The translations under genes were made by a program, and so were the position numbers. A DNA stretch of 64,000 nucleotides from a bacterium (GTDB lineage: Bacteria; Zhuqueibacterota; Zhuqueibacteria; Residuimicrobiales; Krinioviventaceae): contig OY843751.1 of the NCBI GenBank assembly GCA_963693055.1, forward strand, positions 2,400,001 through 2,464,000, written 5' to 3'. Every line of letters begins with the position of its first letter. The stretch's first letter is position 1. Shown piece after piece: positions 1 to 10,783 of this stretch. The notes under the pieces are model-generated. The model did no database searches, was not told the DNA's origin, and saw nothing but the letters and a program-made list of their open reading frames with translations.

Positions 1-2
1 AC

Positions 3-614
3 AAGGAATGTATGCATTTTTATGTCAAAGCTCCTATTGATGGAATTGTTTCGGAAATGAATATTAAACCCGGACAGAATATAGGCGCAGGTGATCAAAT
101 GATGACCCTGGTTGATCCTGATGTGGTTTGGATCCATGCGGATTTGTATGAAAAAGAATATTATAGATTGGGCAAGCCGGATGGAGCTACGCTTGAACTA
201 CCTGGTAGGGATGAAAAACTCCATCTTGATAAAAATGAAATCAAAATGATTAATAAAGGTGAAATTGTTGAACAGGAAACACGCACTATACCCGTGCTGT
301 TTCAACTCCAAAATAAAGATAGGGTGCTAAAAATCGGTCAAACATTACAGATGAACATATATTCTGCCAGTGATGATAAAGCTGTTATTGTACCTGTATC
401 CGCTATTCTTGATGAAGATATTCAAAAATTTGTTTTTGTACAACATTCTGGAGAATCTTTTGAAAAGAGGCTGGTGAAAACGGGCCCAGTATATAAAGAC
501 AATATTGCTATTCTTGAAGGATTGAATCCCAATGAACGTATTGTGACAAAAGGTACCTATTTGTTGAAACTGGCAACAGTTACAACAGCTGTAGGGCACG
601 CTCACAGTCATTAA
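3..614 (+). CDS. Efflux RND transporter periplasmic adaptor subunit (CzcB/CusB-like), 5'-truncated by window edge
   Basis: Frame is open from position 3. VKAPIDGIV..VPVSAI..FEKRLVKTG..GL...ERIVTKG membrane-fusion-protein motifs, His-rich C-terminus GHAHSH, directly upstream of an RND permease. Confidence 0.88.
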   Translation, partial: KECMHFYVKAPIDGIVSEMNIKPGQNIGAGDQMMTLVDPDVVWIHADLYEKEYYRLGKPDGATLELPGRDEKLHLDKNEIKMINKGEIVEQETRTIPVLFQLQNKDRVLKIGQTLQMNIYSASDDKAVIVPVSAILDEDIQKFVFVQHSGESFEKRLVKTGPVYKDNIAILEGLNPNERIVTKGTYLLKLATVTTAVGHAHSH

Positions 615-636
615 TTATTCATTGAGGAGAATAAAT

Positions 637-3600
637 ATGTTAGATTTTATAATGCAAAATAGTCTGCGAAACCGGTTGATTGTGGTTCTGGCCGGTATTG
701 CAGTTCTGGTGATGGGAATTCTCATTTCCGGCAAGCTGCCGGTTGATGTTTTTCCGGATTTAACCGCACCAACTGTTACAGTTATGACCGAAGCACATGG
801 TATGGCCCCCGAAGAAGTAGAGATGCTGGTTACGTTTCCTATTGAAACTGCGGTGAATGGAGCAACAGGGGTAAGGCGGGTACGGTCCACTTCAATTCAG
901 GGATTCTCTACGGTCTGGGTTGAATTCGAATGGGGCATGGATATTTATCGTGCTCGTCAAATCGTTAATGAAAAAATGCAGAATCTTCAAGGTGCATTAC
1001 CTGATGGTGTAGATTCACCTGTGCTGGCACCTATAACTTCGCTTATGGGCGAGATTATGACCGTTGGTTTGACCAGCGACTCGTTATCTCTGATGGAATT
1101 GCGCTCATTATCTGATTTTCAAATACGACGCAGATTGCTTGCTGTGCCCGGAGTTGCACAAGTCAAGGTCTATGGTGGCGAAGTCAAACAATATCAGGTC
1201 CTGGTAAATCCTAATATGTTACGCAAGTATGATCTTACTTTGCATCAGGTGCATGAAGCTGCACAAAATGCAAACTTGAATGCTGCGGGAGGATTTTATG
1301 TACAATCCGGTCAGGAATACCTTATCCGGGGTATGGGCCGTATCCACGATATTAAAGAGCTGGAACGTGCGGTGATCAGCACGCATAATAATATTCCGGT
1401 ATTGATGCGTGATATCGGTAGGATTGTTATTGGTCCTGCAACAAAGATTGGTGAAGCATCTATCAACGGTGACCATGGTGTGCTGATTGTAATCAGCAAG
1501 CAGCCGGACGCAAACACATTGAAACTGAATGAGCGATTGAATACGGTTATTGCCAACATTGCTGATACCCTGCCAAAAGGAACGAAATTGCATCCCAACC
1601 TCTTCACTCAGGCGGGATTCATTACCCGAGCAGTGGAAAATGTTATAGATGCCCTACGTGATGGCGCATTACTGGTTATCATTATTTTGGCTTTGTTTTT
1701 GGCAAATGTAAGAACAACAATAATTTCCACGCTTGCAATTCCTTTGTCACTCATGTTTTCGGTTCTGATATTGTATTTGGCAAATTTATCTATTAATACC
1801 ATGACCTTGGGAGGTATGGCCATAGCTATTGGTGTACTGGTGGATGATGCTATTATATATGTTGAAAATGTATTCCGGCGTTTGCGGCAAAATCGGGAAA
1901 AACCAGTCAATGAACAGCAAGACGAAGATCAAGTGATTTTAAAAGCATCATCAGAAGTGCGTGCACCTATTTCAATAGCTACATTTATTGTTATAATTGT
2001 ATTTTTACCTCTGTTCTTTTTGAGTGGAATTGAGGGACGTATGCTCATTCCACTGGGTATTGCGTACATTGTTTCTATTTTTGCATCGCTGATTGTTGCT
2101 ATTACTGTTACTCCGGCACTGAGTTCTTATCTGTTAAAGCGGAACAAGAGTTCAAAAAATCGAGAGAGCTGGATCGTTTTGTTTTTGCAGTCTCTGTACA
2201 AACCGGTTTTAAACTGGTGCCTGACTCACAAAAGATGGGTTGTGGGTCTTGCCAGTATATTTTTGTTGATATCATTGTCAATTCTTCCCTTTATTGGCCG
2301 GTCATTTTTACCGGAATTTAATGAAGGCACGCTTAATATCAGTCTGGCAACTTTACCGGGTACATCTCTGGACGAATCAGACAGGATTGGTCGGATTGCA
2401 GAGAATTTATTATTGGAACATCCATCTGTTGTTACGGTGAGTAGACGTACCGGACGAACGGAAATGGATGAGCACTCGTTAGGCTCGCATGCGCATGAAC
2501 TTGAAGTTGAGATTGATTTTAGCAATATAACACAAGACCAGTTGTTAAAAGACGTGAGAGAAAAATTGAGCTTGTTACCGGGTTGCGTATTTGTCATCGG
2601 CCAACCCATTGGCCACCGTATTGATCACATGTTATCCGGTACGCGCGCAAATATTGCAATCAAGATTTTTGGCTCAGATCTTTACAAGCTTCGACAGATC
2701 GGTCTCAAAGTTCAACAAGAGATTGCGGACATACCGGGAGTAACAGATCTGTCAATGGATCAGCAAATTGACATCCCGCAGTTACGTATTCGGGCCAATC
2801 GTGAGCGCATGGCATTGTATGGTGTAACCATGGGTGATGTGGATGAAATGATAGATACCGCTTTTCTGGGAACTGCGGTGTCGCAGGTATATGAAGGTCA
2901 AAATCAGTATGATCTTGTGGTTCGCTATGACGAGTCCTTTCGCAATAACATTGATGCAATTCGTAACAGCCTGATCGATACACCCATTGGTGCCAAAATT
3001 CCACTGGATATGATAATGGATATTCAAGTGGATCGTGGCCCCAATTACATCAGTCGCGAAAACGCCCAGCGCAAGATCGTCGTTCAAGCAAATGTGGCAG
3101 AAAGAGATATAGGCAGTGTTATCAGTGATATCCAATCAAGGATATCCAATACGGTAGATCTGCCGGTCGCCTATTATGTAGAGTATGGCGGACAGTTTGA
3201 GAGTGAACAGCAAGCCACACGTGTAATTTCTTTACTGAGCTTGTTATCACTGTTGCTTATCTTTTTGGCATTGTATCTGGAATTTAAAAATCTGAGAATA
3301 CCATTTCTCATCATGTCTACATTACCTTTTGCACTCATTGGTGGAATTATTGCCATTCGGGTTACGGGTGGGGTAATGACCATTGCATCTATTGTGGGAT
3401 TTATCACCCTGTTTGGAATTGCAATTCGTAACGGTATTATCATGGTTTCTCATTACATCCAGTTACGGGATGAGGGAGTAGCGCTATCCAAAGCCGTCAT
3501 TCAGGGTTCTCTGGACCGTCTGAGTCCGGTTCTCATGACTGCGCTTACTACAGGATTAGCATTGACTCCGCTTGCCTTTGCCGGTAACAAACCCGGTAAT

Positions 3601-3711
3601 GAGATACAGGCACCGTTGTCTATTGTAATATTGGGTGGATTGATCACGTCAACGTTGTTGACACTGTTGGTACTTCCCATTGTTTACAGTTGGATTAATA
3701 AAGAGAAATAG
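637..3711 (+). CDS. CusA/CzcA-family heavy-metal efflux RND permease
   Basis: About 1025 aa. LPVDVFPDL, APEEVE..VTFPIE, TM4 GVLVDDAIIYVEN, RLSPVLMTA. Start moved to ATG 637 behind GAGGAG. Confidence 0.95.
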   Translation: MLDFIMQNSLRNRLIVVLAGIAVLVMGILISGKLPVDVFPDLTAPTVTVMTEAHGMAPEEVEMLVTFPIETAVNGATGVRRVRSTSIQGFSTVWVEFEWGMDIYRARQIVNEKMQNLQGALPDGVDSPVLAPITSLMGEIMTVGLTSDSLSLMELRSLSDFQIRRRLLAVPGVAQVKVYGGEVKQYQVLVNPNMLRKYDLTLHQVHEAAQNANLNAAGGFYVQSGQEYLIRGMGRIHDIKELERAVISTHNNIPVLMRDIGRIVIGPATKIGEASINGDHGVLIVISKQPDANTLKLNERLNTVIANIADTLPKGTKLHPNLFTQAGFITRAVENVIDALRDGALLVIIILALFLANVRTTIISTLAIPLSLMFSVLILYLANLSINTMTLGGMAIAIGVLVDDAIIYVENVFRRLRQNREKPVNEQQDEDQVILKASSEVRAPISIATFIVIIVFLPLFFLSGIEGRMLIPLGIAYIVSIFASLIVAITVTPALSSYLLKRNKSSKNRESWIVLFLQSLYKPVLNWCLTHKRWVVGLASIFLLISLSILPFIGRSFLPEFNEGTLNISLATLPGTSLDESDRIGRIAENLLLEHPSVVTVSRRTGRTEMDEHSLGSHAHELEVEIDFSNITQDQLLKDVREKLSLLPGCVFVIGQPIGHRIDHMLSGTRANIAIKIFGSDLYKLRQIGLKVQQEIADIPGVTDLSMDQQIDIPQLRIRANRERMALYGVTMGDVDEMIDTAFLGTAVSQVYEGQNQYDLVVRYDESFRNNIDAIRNSLIDTPIGAKIPLDMIMDIQVDRGPNYISRENAQRKIVVQANVAERDIGSVISDIQSRISNTVDLPVAYYVEYGGQFESEQQATRVISLLSLLSLLLIFLALYLEFKNLRIPFLIMSTLPFALIGGIIAIRVTGGVMTIASIVGFITLFGIAIRNGIIMVSHYIQLRDEGVALSKAVIQGSLDRLSPVLMTALTTGLALTPLAFAGNKPGNEIQAPLSIVILGGLITSTLLTLLVLPIVYSWINKEK

Positions 3712-3721
3712 ATTCCTTGTT

Positions 3722-3748
3722 AAGGCCGGATATCATTCCGGCCTTTTT
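3722..3748. terminator. Intrinsic terminator between convergent genes
   Basis: aaggccgga-tatcat-tccggcctt hairpin followed by a T run. Confidence 0.8.
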
Positions 3749-3749
3749 A

Positions 3750-5321
3750 CTATCGCAGCAATATCATCTTTTTATTTTTTGAAATGCTACCATAATTCAT
3801 ATTATAAAAATAAACACCAGATGCTACCTTGTTTCCCAAATAATCTGTACTGTCCCATGTAATTGTATACTGTCCTGCTTGATAATGCCGATTTACCAGT
3901 GTCTTAACCATTCTACCTTTTATATCAAATACATTGATCATGATTTGCTCTGCTTTTGTAATGCTAAAATTGATTTGTGTTGTTGGATTAAACGGATTGG
4001 AATAATTCTGCATCAGTTCAAATTGTTCCGGTGTTTGATCGTGTTTTCCAATGCCAGTTTCTGGTGTGGTGATCTCAAAAACGTGGATGATGCTCTTGTC
4101 TTCATCAGCACGTCTCTCATTTATGTACAGCAAACCCCTGGACCTGTCGTAACAGCAAGCACCCAGTGTTGTCATTTTATAATTACCGTAATCGTATCCC
4201 GGACTAAACATGTATTCATTGATGTTCATCATGGCATAAGGTTGTGGCTCCCAAGGCGATTTGATCCCATTTGCCACATCTGCCAAATCTGCAGGATCAA
4301 AAAACAGAATGACGGCATTGATACTGTCTGCCCACCAGCCGCGTTCATCATGCGGCCATTCGGGAACATCGGGATAGGGAGGGTCCTGCGGCCAGACGGT
4401 TCCGTCCGAAAACCCATACCAGGAATCTCCCATAGCTTTGGTACCCACCAGAACGACTGCTGATCTATCTCCACCTGTTAACCAGGCCCCCCCTGACCAT
4501 TCATCCGGTTCTTTATAGTCGTTCATTTTCTTGTCTTGTGATGCAACCAGGTACGGATTACCGGGCTGATGTTCACCAAACATAAGCAGGGGAGTGATGT
4601 TCCACAACGTATCTCCCGCGGTTGGCAATGTGGAATGAACAACAGGTGTATACGCATACAAGGCGGGTCCCAGACCACCCCACTCACCGTCCCTGAATCG
4701 TCCGCTGGCAAGGTATTGCCCCGGCGTGTTTGCATCCGCCCATTCATGAGGAATGGCAAATAAATAATCGTTTGTTGTATAGTGACTGTAATTACCATAA
4801 TACCAGGGTCCCACAGGAGTTGGGCTGCCGAGATCCAGATTGCAATATCCATGCGATGGCACAAGCACATCCTGAAAATGTTCACCGCGACAGTAATAGA
4901 GTCCCTCAGGCAGATCACCCATTGCAGGCAAGTACTCTATACCCATCCGTGGGATTTCCTGTTCACCAAATACACCCCCGGTTATATCTCCAAAGGGTTG
5001 CAATGTTTCTGCAACGTTGAGATCGGCAGGATCTTTGGCTCCGGAAATCACCGGATTCGGAATCGATATCTCTGAAACCAGTTGATGATGATCGTGTCCT
5101 AAAGCAAAGATAGATCCCGGATAATCATCCGTATTGGAGGGATCTCCATCCGGATAAAAAGTCATGGCATATCCACTGTAAATCCATTCAGAAACATCAG
5201 AAACATCCGGTAATCTAAACGCCCCAAGATAATTCAGGTCCTGCGGTTGTATTAATTCTCCCGCAGACAATAGTGTTGTTGTGCAAAACAACAGGCTGAT
5301 AATTGCTTTTAAACTTTTCAT
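3750..5321 (-). CDS. Secreted hypothetical protein with C-terminal T9SS type-A-like/FlgD-Ig sorting domain
   Basis: Signal peptide MKSLKAIISLLF; C-terminus NYSNPFNPTT..WD..G..VASGVYFY..KKMILLR. The ~420-aa N-terminal domain is not recognised. Confidence 0.8.
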   Translation of the reverse strand: MKSLKAIISLLFCTTTLLSAGELIQPQDLNYLGAFRLPDVSDVSEWIYSGYAMTFYPDGDPSNTDDYPGSIFALGHDHHQLVSEISIPNPVISGAKDPADLNVAETLQPFGDITGGVFGEQEIPRMGIEYLPAMGDLPEGLYYCRGEHFQDVLVPSHGYCNLDLGSPTPVGPWYYGNYSHYTTNDYLFAIPHEWADANTPGQYLASGRFRDGEWGGLGPALYAYTPVVHSTLPTAGDTLWNITPLLMFGEHQPGNPYLVASQDKKMNDYKEPDEWSGGAWLTGGDRSAVVLVGTKAMGDSWYGFSDGTVWPQDPPYPDVPEWPHDERGWWADSINAVILFFDPADLADVANGIKSPWEPQPYAMMNINEYMFSPGYDYGNYKMTTLGACCYDRSRGLLYINERRADEDKSIIHVFEITTPETGIGKHDQTPEQFELMQNYSNPFNPTTQINFSITKAEQIMINVFDIKGRMVKTLVNRHYQAGQYTITWDSTDYLGNKVASGVYFYNMNYGSISKNKKMILLR

Positions 5322-5473
5322 GTTAATCCCCTGATTAAACATTGTGATTATGAAATATATTACAATATCTGTGAATAATGCCAGTCTTTTTTACTTGATA
5401 TTCATGAAATCAATCACTATAGTTCAATATCCTGTTATTGAACAATTCAATCATTTTTACCGGGAGGGTAAAC

Positions 5474-6613
5474 ATGAGATTCATCGTTCCATTTTTACTG
5501 GTTCTGAGCGTATTGTTATCCTGTACATCTACACCGCCAGGATTAAATGTAAAACATGTAGTGGTTTACCAGGAAAAAGGGCATTTTGGCGGCTGGCCGG
5601 CCAACCATGGCATTTGGAGTTGGGGAGACGAAATTCTGGTTGGGTTCTCTGAAGGTGAGTACAAAGATCTGGGTCCTGACCGGCATCACATAGACCGGGA
5701 AAAACCCGAGCGTCATTTTCTTGCCCGCAGTATGGACGGTGGAGAAACCTGGGAGATTATTGATCCTGCTTTACAGGGTGATTTGATACCGGAAGGCGGT
5801 TTCCTGCATGGAGTACCTCGTGAGGATGTTGAGGTTCCACCTTTAATGGATTGTCCCGGTGGCATTCCTTTTACCCATCCCGATTTTGCCATGACCTTGC
5901 GTACCAATAATATTGATGCCGGTTTATCTCGTTTTTGGTACTCTATCGATAAAGGGCATGACTGGCTGGGTCCCTATCGCTTACCTGATTTCGGATTTAC
6001 CGGCACTGCAGCCCGTACCGATTATCAGGTAGAAGGACCGTCAGACTTGACACTCTTTTTAACAGCTGCTAAAAGTGACAGTAATGAGGGACGCCCCTTT
6101 TGTGCCCGCACTCATGATGGTGGAAAATCCTGGGAATTGGTGTCAAAGATTGGTCCTGAACCCGATGGATTTAGTATTATGCCGGCTTCTGTAAAACTGG
6201 ATAAAGACTCTTATTACGTTGCCGTCCGTAGAAGAGAAGGCGACAAGCGCTGGATAGGTGCCTGGCGCACGGATGATGATTGTAAAACCTGGCAAAGTAT
6301 GCCTGATCCCGTTGAAGATTGTGGAGAAGGGAATCCCCCCAGTCTTATCCGTTTACAGGATGGCAGACTTTGTTTGAATTATGGCTATCGTGCCGAACCG
6401 TTCAGTATCCTTGCAAAACTGAGCGATGATGAAGGCCGGACATGGAGTGATCCCATTGTATTGCGACAAGATGGGGCGGGACGGGATATTGGCTATTGCC
6501 GTGCAGTCCAACGCCCGGACGGCAAAGTAGTGACGCTGTATTACTTTACTGATCCTGTAACAGGGCCCGAGCGTTCAATCGTTGCAACCATCTGGCAACC
6601 GCCGGCCAAGTAG
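5474..6613 (+). CDS. BNR/Asp-box repeat sialidase-family lipoprotein
   Basis: Lipobox LLSC. Asp-boxes SMDGGETW, SIDKGHDW, THDGGKSW, TDDDCKTW, SDDEGRTW. RBS GGGAGG before ATG 5474. Confidence 0.82.
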   Translation: MRFIVPFLLVLSVLLSCTSTPPGLNVKHVVVYQEKGHFGGWPANHGIWSWGDEILVGFSEGEYKDLGPDRHHIDREKPERHFLARSMDGGETWEIIDPALQGDLIPEGGFLHGVPREDVEVPPLMDCPGGIPFTHPDFAMTLRTNNIDAGLSRFWYSIDKGHDWLGPYRLPDFGFTGTAARTDYQVEGPSDLTLFLTAAKSDSNEGRPFCARTHDGGKSWELVSKIGPEPDGFSIMPASVKLDKDSYYVAVRRREGDKRWIGAWRTDDDCKTWQSMPDPVEDCGEGNPPSLIRLQDGRLCLNYGYRAEPFSILAKLSDDEGRTWSDPIVLRQDGAGRDIGYCRAVQRPDGKVVTLYYFTDPVTGPERSIVATIWQPPAK

Positions 6614-6632
6614 AAATACAAATATAAAATTT

Positions 6633-6668
6633 AATGCCCGAGTAGTTTTTCTATTTAGGGCGTTTTTT
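6633..6668 (+). terminator. Probable intrinsic terminator
   Basis: aatgcccgagtag...ctatttagggcgtt imperfect hairpin plus T run after the stop codon. Confidence 0.6.
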
Positions 6669-6826
6669 ATTTTATTTGTTGATATATAAGTAATAATTTA
6701 CTATAGTAAACTGTACCAATTCAAATTGTGGGATCATTTCTATTCATGTATTACAAGAAAGATAAATAACAAAGAATCTTGTTGGTGCATTACCAGCTAT
6801 AATTATTCTATTGGAAAGGGGTTGTT

Positions 6827-7423
6827 ATGACTTTATCTCAAACCGAAAACAAAGTATTAATGGCACAAGCACGGGAATCCTTATCCGGGAAATGGAAACT
6901 TGCAATTGGAACATGTCTTGTTTATGTCTTATTGACAGTTGGAATTGCTTATATTCCCGGAATAGGATTTATTGCGCAATTAATCGTAGCAGGACCTCTA
7001 ACTGTAGGTATATCTATTTTCAGCCTATCCATTGCGAGAAATCAGGAACCCAAGTTTGATCAATTGTTTGAAGGATTTCAGAATTTTGGTGTTACTTTGG
7101 GTACGTATTTGTTAATGATTTTATTTATTTTGCTCTGGATGCTGCTGCTTATCATTCCCGGGATTATTGCTTCAATAGCATATTCGCAAGTATTTTATAT
7201 TCTTGCGGAAGATAAAAATATTGGTCCTATGGATGCTTTGGCAAAAAGCAAACAAATGATGCAAGGCAACAAGTGGAAATATTTTTGCCTGGGCCTAAGA
7301 TTGATTGGCTTGGCATTACTTTGTGTATTAACATTAGGAATTGGGCTTTTATGGTTAGAACCTTATGCGAATGTTAGTTTTGCCAAGTTTTATGATGATT
7401 TAAAGGATGTTAGCGAGGCCTAG
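6827..7423 (+). CDS. DUF975-family membrane protein
   Basis: ARESLSGKW, LLW.LLLIIPGII..IAYSQ..YIL, S..MM.GNKW..F, W..PY......FY signature. Confidence 0.85.
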   Translation: MTLSQTENKVLMAQARESLSGKWKLAIGTCLVYVLLTVGIAYIPGIGFIAQLIVAGPLTVGISIFSLSIARNQEPKFDQLFEGFQNFGVTLGTYLLMILFILLWMLLLIIPGIIASIAYSQVFYILAEDKNIGPMDALAKSKQMMQGNKWKYFCLGLRLIGLALLCVLTLGIGLLWLEPYANVSFAKFYDDLKDVSEA

Positions 7424-7559
7424 AACCATTTGGTAATGTTGTATTTTTTTAAGCGTTTGCAGCATTCATTGTTTTGATAATTACACTTTATTTTATTGGA
7501 TTGGTAATTGATAATTGTATACCAATCATTTTTACATTCAACGATTAAGAAAGAACGCT

Positions 7560-8306
7560 ATGGTTAAAAAATGGTTGGTAATTCTGGTATTATCTATGGT
7601 TTCTTTAACATTTTCTGAAAACAATTCTTCTTTTGTTAAAATGAAAAATGGTCATCTTTACAAGTATAATGTCAAGCAGGTTAATGATTGGGGGATAACA
7701 TTTACCAATAACCGTTCTGTTTTATATAAAGTTATTGACAGAATTGTATTAAAAGATGAACTCTATGCAAATCAGATAAAAGGCTATATTCCGGATATTG
7801 AAATTCAGTATGAGAATGAGTTATATGTTCTGGATTTTAATAATATTACAATCCCCAAAGTTGAAAGAAAAGTAGAGTATTTATTTGATTTTGTTTCATT
7901 TTCTTATGACATCAAGAATGATAGTAAAGCCGGTGACAGACTTTTGGTAATGTTAAAACCACGGAATACAAATTTTACCACAAGATTTGGAATGCTGGAA
8001 GCACATACTGACATGGATAATCCTCAATTGGAAACAGTTTATGGATATTTCCTGGGAGTAGGTTATCAATTCAGAAATCTGGTACAATTTTATACAGATA
8101 TAGCTGGTTATTCAACAACTTTTACAGAAGAAAAATATTATCCTGAATGTTTTGCTGTTAGCGGTATTGAATTTGAACTACCATTATTTACTGATATGTT
8201 TTGTGTGAAATTCGGGTACGAATATAAATATTGGGAAACTCCAAAGCTGGATATGATTGGAGGTGATCTGTTTCTAGGATTATGTTTTAATTATATGCTT
8301 AATTAA
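7560..8306 (+). CDS. Hypothetical secreted protein, possible C-terminal beta-barrel
   Basis: Signal peptide MVKKWLVILVLSMVSLTFS; aromatic amphipathic strands at the C-terminus; no family recognised. Confidence 0.55.
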   Translation: MVKKWLVILVLSMVSLTFSENNSSFVKMKNGHLYKYNVKQVNDWGITFTNNRSVLYKVIDRIVLKDELYANQIKGYIPDIEIQYENELYVLDFNNITIPKVERKVEYLFDFVSFSYDIKNDSKAGDRLLVMLKPRNTNFTTRFGMLEAHTDMDNPQLETVYGYFLGVGYQFRNLVQFYTDIAGYSTTFTEEKYYPECFAVSGIEFELPLFTDMFCVKFGYEYKYWETPKLDMIGGDLFLGLCFNYMLN

Positions 8307-8357
8307 TGATGATTTTTTATTGATATCTAATTGTTGTAAAGTCTGTATACAAGCATT

Positions 8358-8393
8358 AAAAAGCCCGGTGTAATTATGCACCGGGCTTTTTTT
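8358..8393. terminator. Bidirectional intrinsic terminator
   Basis: aaaaagcccggtgta-atta-tgcaccgggcttttt between convergent genes. Confidence 0.88.
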
Positions 8394-8394
8394 A

Positions 8395-9366
8395 TTATGA
8401 TTTGAATTTGCGCGTAGTTGGATCAATTTTTAATATCTCTGCTATTGTATGTCCCCACATTTTCTTACGGTCATTGTCCGGTACATTATTCGCATCCAGC
8501 ATCATCTGAAATCGTTCTATATTGCCTTTTAAGCCGGTTGGTTTTTCATCCGTACCGAACAGAATATGTTCCCATGCTCCGGGTCCGCCTTTGAGTGTGT
8601 GAGGATTGTTTTCCGATTCATCATCACTCCACCAAAGAATTTCACTCATACGTTCCAGTTTGCCCAGTTTGATAAACTTTAACAGTGTTGAACCGGTTAC
8701 ATCAAAGTAGAGTGTTGGGTTCCATCTTGCAGCTTCCGCGGCTTCATCATACCAGGGATTTCCCAAATGCGCGCCTTGAACTGTCAATCTTGGGAATTGA
8801 CGACATATGGTATCCAGATACATGGGACGCATTCGCGCTGAAGAGCCCCATTGGGGTTCATCTGTGATACGATGTGAGGAAATACCCGTGTGGAACAATA
8901 GATGGAATCCCAGTTCCTCGCATAAACGATAGACGTGGAAATAGGAGGGATCGTCATAATTTTTTTGCGGACTGTGAAATTTCATGCCCACAAAGCCATT
9001 CTTTTTAAAATCCTCAATTTCACGTACCGAATTAACATCATCAAGGTTTACACGGCCATACCCAATGAAAATTTCGGGGTGCGATTTCATGGCATCTATC
9101 ATTAACTGCATATCTTTATGCCAGGTCAGCACACATGCCATGGCTTTGTAGGGTTTATAGTTGGTAATCATATCCCTGACCCACTGTTCATTACTGCCAC
9201 AATGGATATGAGAATCAATAATGAAATCTGGTATTTTAAAATCCTTTTTTTCTTCCGCAGCCCGAGAATCACCTGGCTGGGTAATCATGCCCGCGGCTGC
9301 GGCAACTGCTGTATATTTGGCGGTTCTGGAGAAAAAATCACGTCGTGCTAATTTTTCATCATTCAT
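8395..9366 (-). CDS. Amidohydrolase-family (Amidohydro_2) protein with Tat signal
   Basis: LARRDFF twin-arginine leader; IIDSHIH, GMKFH, LLFHTG, GAHLG and LFGTD metal-ligand motifs. Confidence 0.85.
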   Translation of the reverse strand: MNDEKLARRDFFSRTAKYTAVAAAAGMITQPGDSRAAEEKKDFKIPDFIIDSHIHCGSNEQWVRDMITNYKPYKAMACVLTWHKDMQLMIDAMKSHPEIFIGYGRVNLDDVNSVREIEDFKKNGFVGMKFHSPQKNYDDPSYFHVYRLCEELGFHLLFHTGISSHRITDEPQWGSSARMRPMYLDTICRQFPRLTVQGAHLGNPWYDEAAEAARWNPTLYFDVTGSTLLKFIKLGKLERMSEILWWSDDESENNPHTLKGGPGAWEHILFGTDEKPTGLKGNIERFQMMLDANNVPDNDRKKMWGHTIAEILKIDPTTRKFKS

Positions 9367-9389
9367 GTTGTCACCTCTGTTTTATACTT

Positions 9390-10745
9390 CTAACTTGCCG
9401 GAGGTATCTCTGTAATTTCTTCGTTTTGCCGATCCCAATATAATTTTTTACCAGTACGGTATGCCTGTGTTGCCATTGCAGCGCCAACCGAATGCCAGAA
9501 TCCCGTATGGATGTGTCCATTGGTCATCATGTTTCTGCTGCGAATACAATCAATCCAATTATCCAGATGCGGTTTGCTGTCATCACTTTGGGAAGGTGGT
9601 GGTACATTATTGTTTCCTTCTATGGTAACCAATTCCGCTCGACCATTTTGTACAGCTTCTTTAAATCCTTCGTAAAAACGATAACGACCGGATTTATTAC
9701 CGCCCTCGGGAATCAAGAACCAACGCGGACTGCCTTCACCACCATCAGAAAAGAGAGTTGCTTCTTTTCCACGTATTACTGAATAATCGCCAAACAGATT
9801 ACCATAGGTCGAGTTGTATGAATAGAGAAAATTCTGATCTTCATATGTTGCCAGGGCTTGAAATGTATCCGGATTCTGCCGTATATCCGGCCATGAGAAT
9901 ATGCCGCCACTGGCTACCATGGTATCCGGAATTGCGGTATCCATAAAAAAGTGGACCAAGCCAATACCGTGGCTCATCCATTGACTGGTAATACCGCCCG
10001 AATATTCGCGAAATATTCTGAATTCAAAATACGCCCAGGGATTAAAGGGCTGGTAGGGTTTGTTTAAAAGCCATCTGTTCCAATCCGTATCCTCTTCCCG
10101 AATCGCAGCCACATCCGGATCACTGGGTTCATGCCAGCGATGGTTGTTGTCGTTCCAGCATTGTTCTATTTTAGATATTTCTCCCAGTCTCCCTGAACGG
10201 ATAATTTCTCTGACCTTGAGATGGTAGGGGTCAGATACCCATTGAGAACCCATTTGTACAACCTGATTGGAATTTAGTACAGCTTTACGAGCATACTTTG
10301 CTTCTTCAATATCCAGCGCCATGGGCTTTTCACAGTAACAGTCTTTGCCAGCTTGAACAACTTCAGCCAGAAGGTAACCGTGTTGGAAATCACCTGTTGC
10401 GATCATGACGCCATCCAGATCTTTCATGGCAAGCATATCTTCAGAATACTGGAATTGTTTAACATCCGTATCAAATCTTTTTTTACAGTCTGCTGCTGCT
10501 TTTTCCCGGTTTTTTTCCCAGATATCACAAACAGCTACTACACCCAGGTTTTTGTCTTTAATTGAGGTTTCAACCATTCTGCGGTGTCCTCTGCTGCGTG
10601 CGCCACAACCCAGAAAGCCAATATTGATCCTGTCGTTTGCACCTTTAACTTTTGCATAAGATTTTGCGCTCATGGCTGTTACCGCTCCTGCAACGCCCAG
10701 TGCGGATTTATTTATAAATCCCCGTCTACTTAATTCTTTTTTCAT
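9390..10745 (-). CDS. Gfo/Idh/MocA-family oxidoreductase with Tat signal
   Basis: LSRRGFI leader; IGFLGCGAR Rossmann motif, YCEKPMA, GG....W.SH. Confidence 0.9.
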   Translation of the reverse strand: MKKELSRRGFINKSALGVAGAVTAMSAKSYAKVKGANDRINIGFLGCGARSRGHRRMVETSIKDKNLGVVAVCDIWEKNREKAAADCKKRFDTDVKQFQYSEDMLAMKDLDGVMIATGDFQHGYLLAEVVQAGKDCYCEKPMALDIEEAKYARKAVLNSNQVVQMGSQWVSDPYHLKVREIIRSGRLGEISKIEQCWNDNNHRWHEPSDPDVAAIREEDTDWNRWLLNKPYQPFNPWAYFEFRIFREYSGGITSQWMSHGIGLVHFFMDTAIPDTMVASGGIFSWPDIRQNPDTFQALATYEDQNFLYSYNSTYGNLFGDYSVIRGKEATLFSDGGEGSPRWFLIPEGGNKSGRYRFYEGFKEAVQNGRAELVTIEGNNNVPPPSQSDDSKPHLDNWIDCIRSRNMMTNGHIHTGFWHSVGAAMATQAYRTGKKLYWDRQNEEITEIPPAS

Positions 10746-10783
10746 TTTCCAACCTCGTGAATTTACAATTGAATTATTATCAA

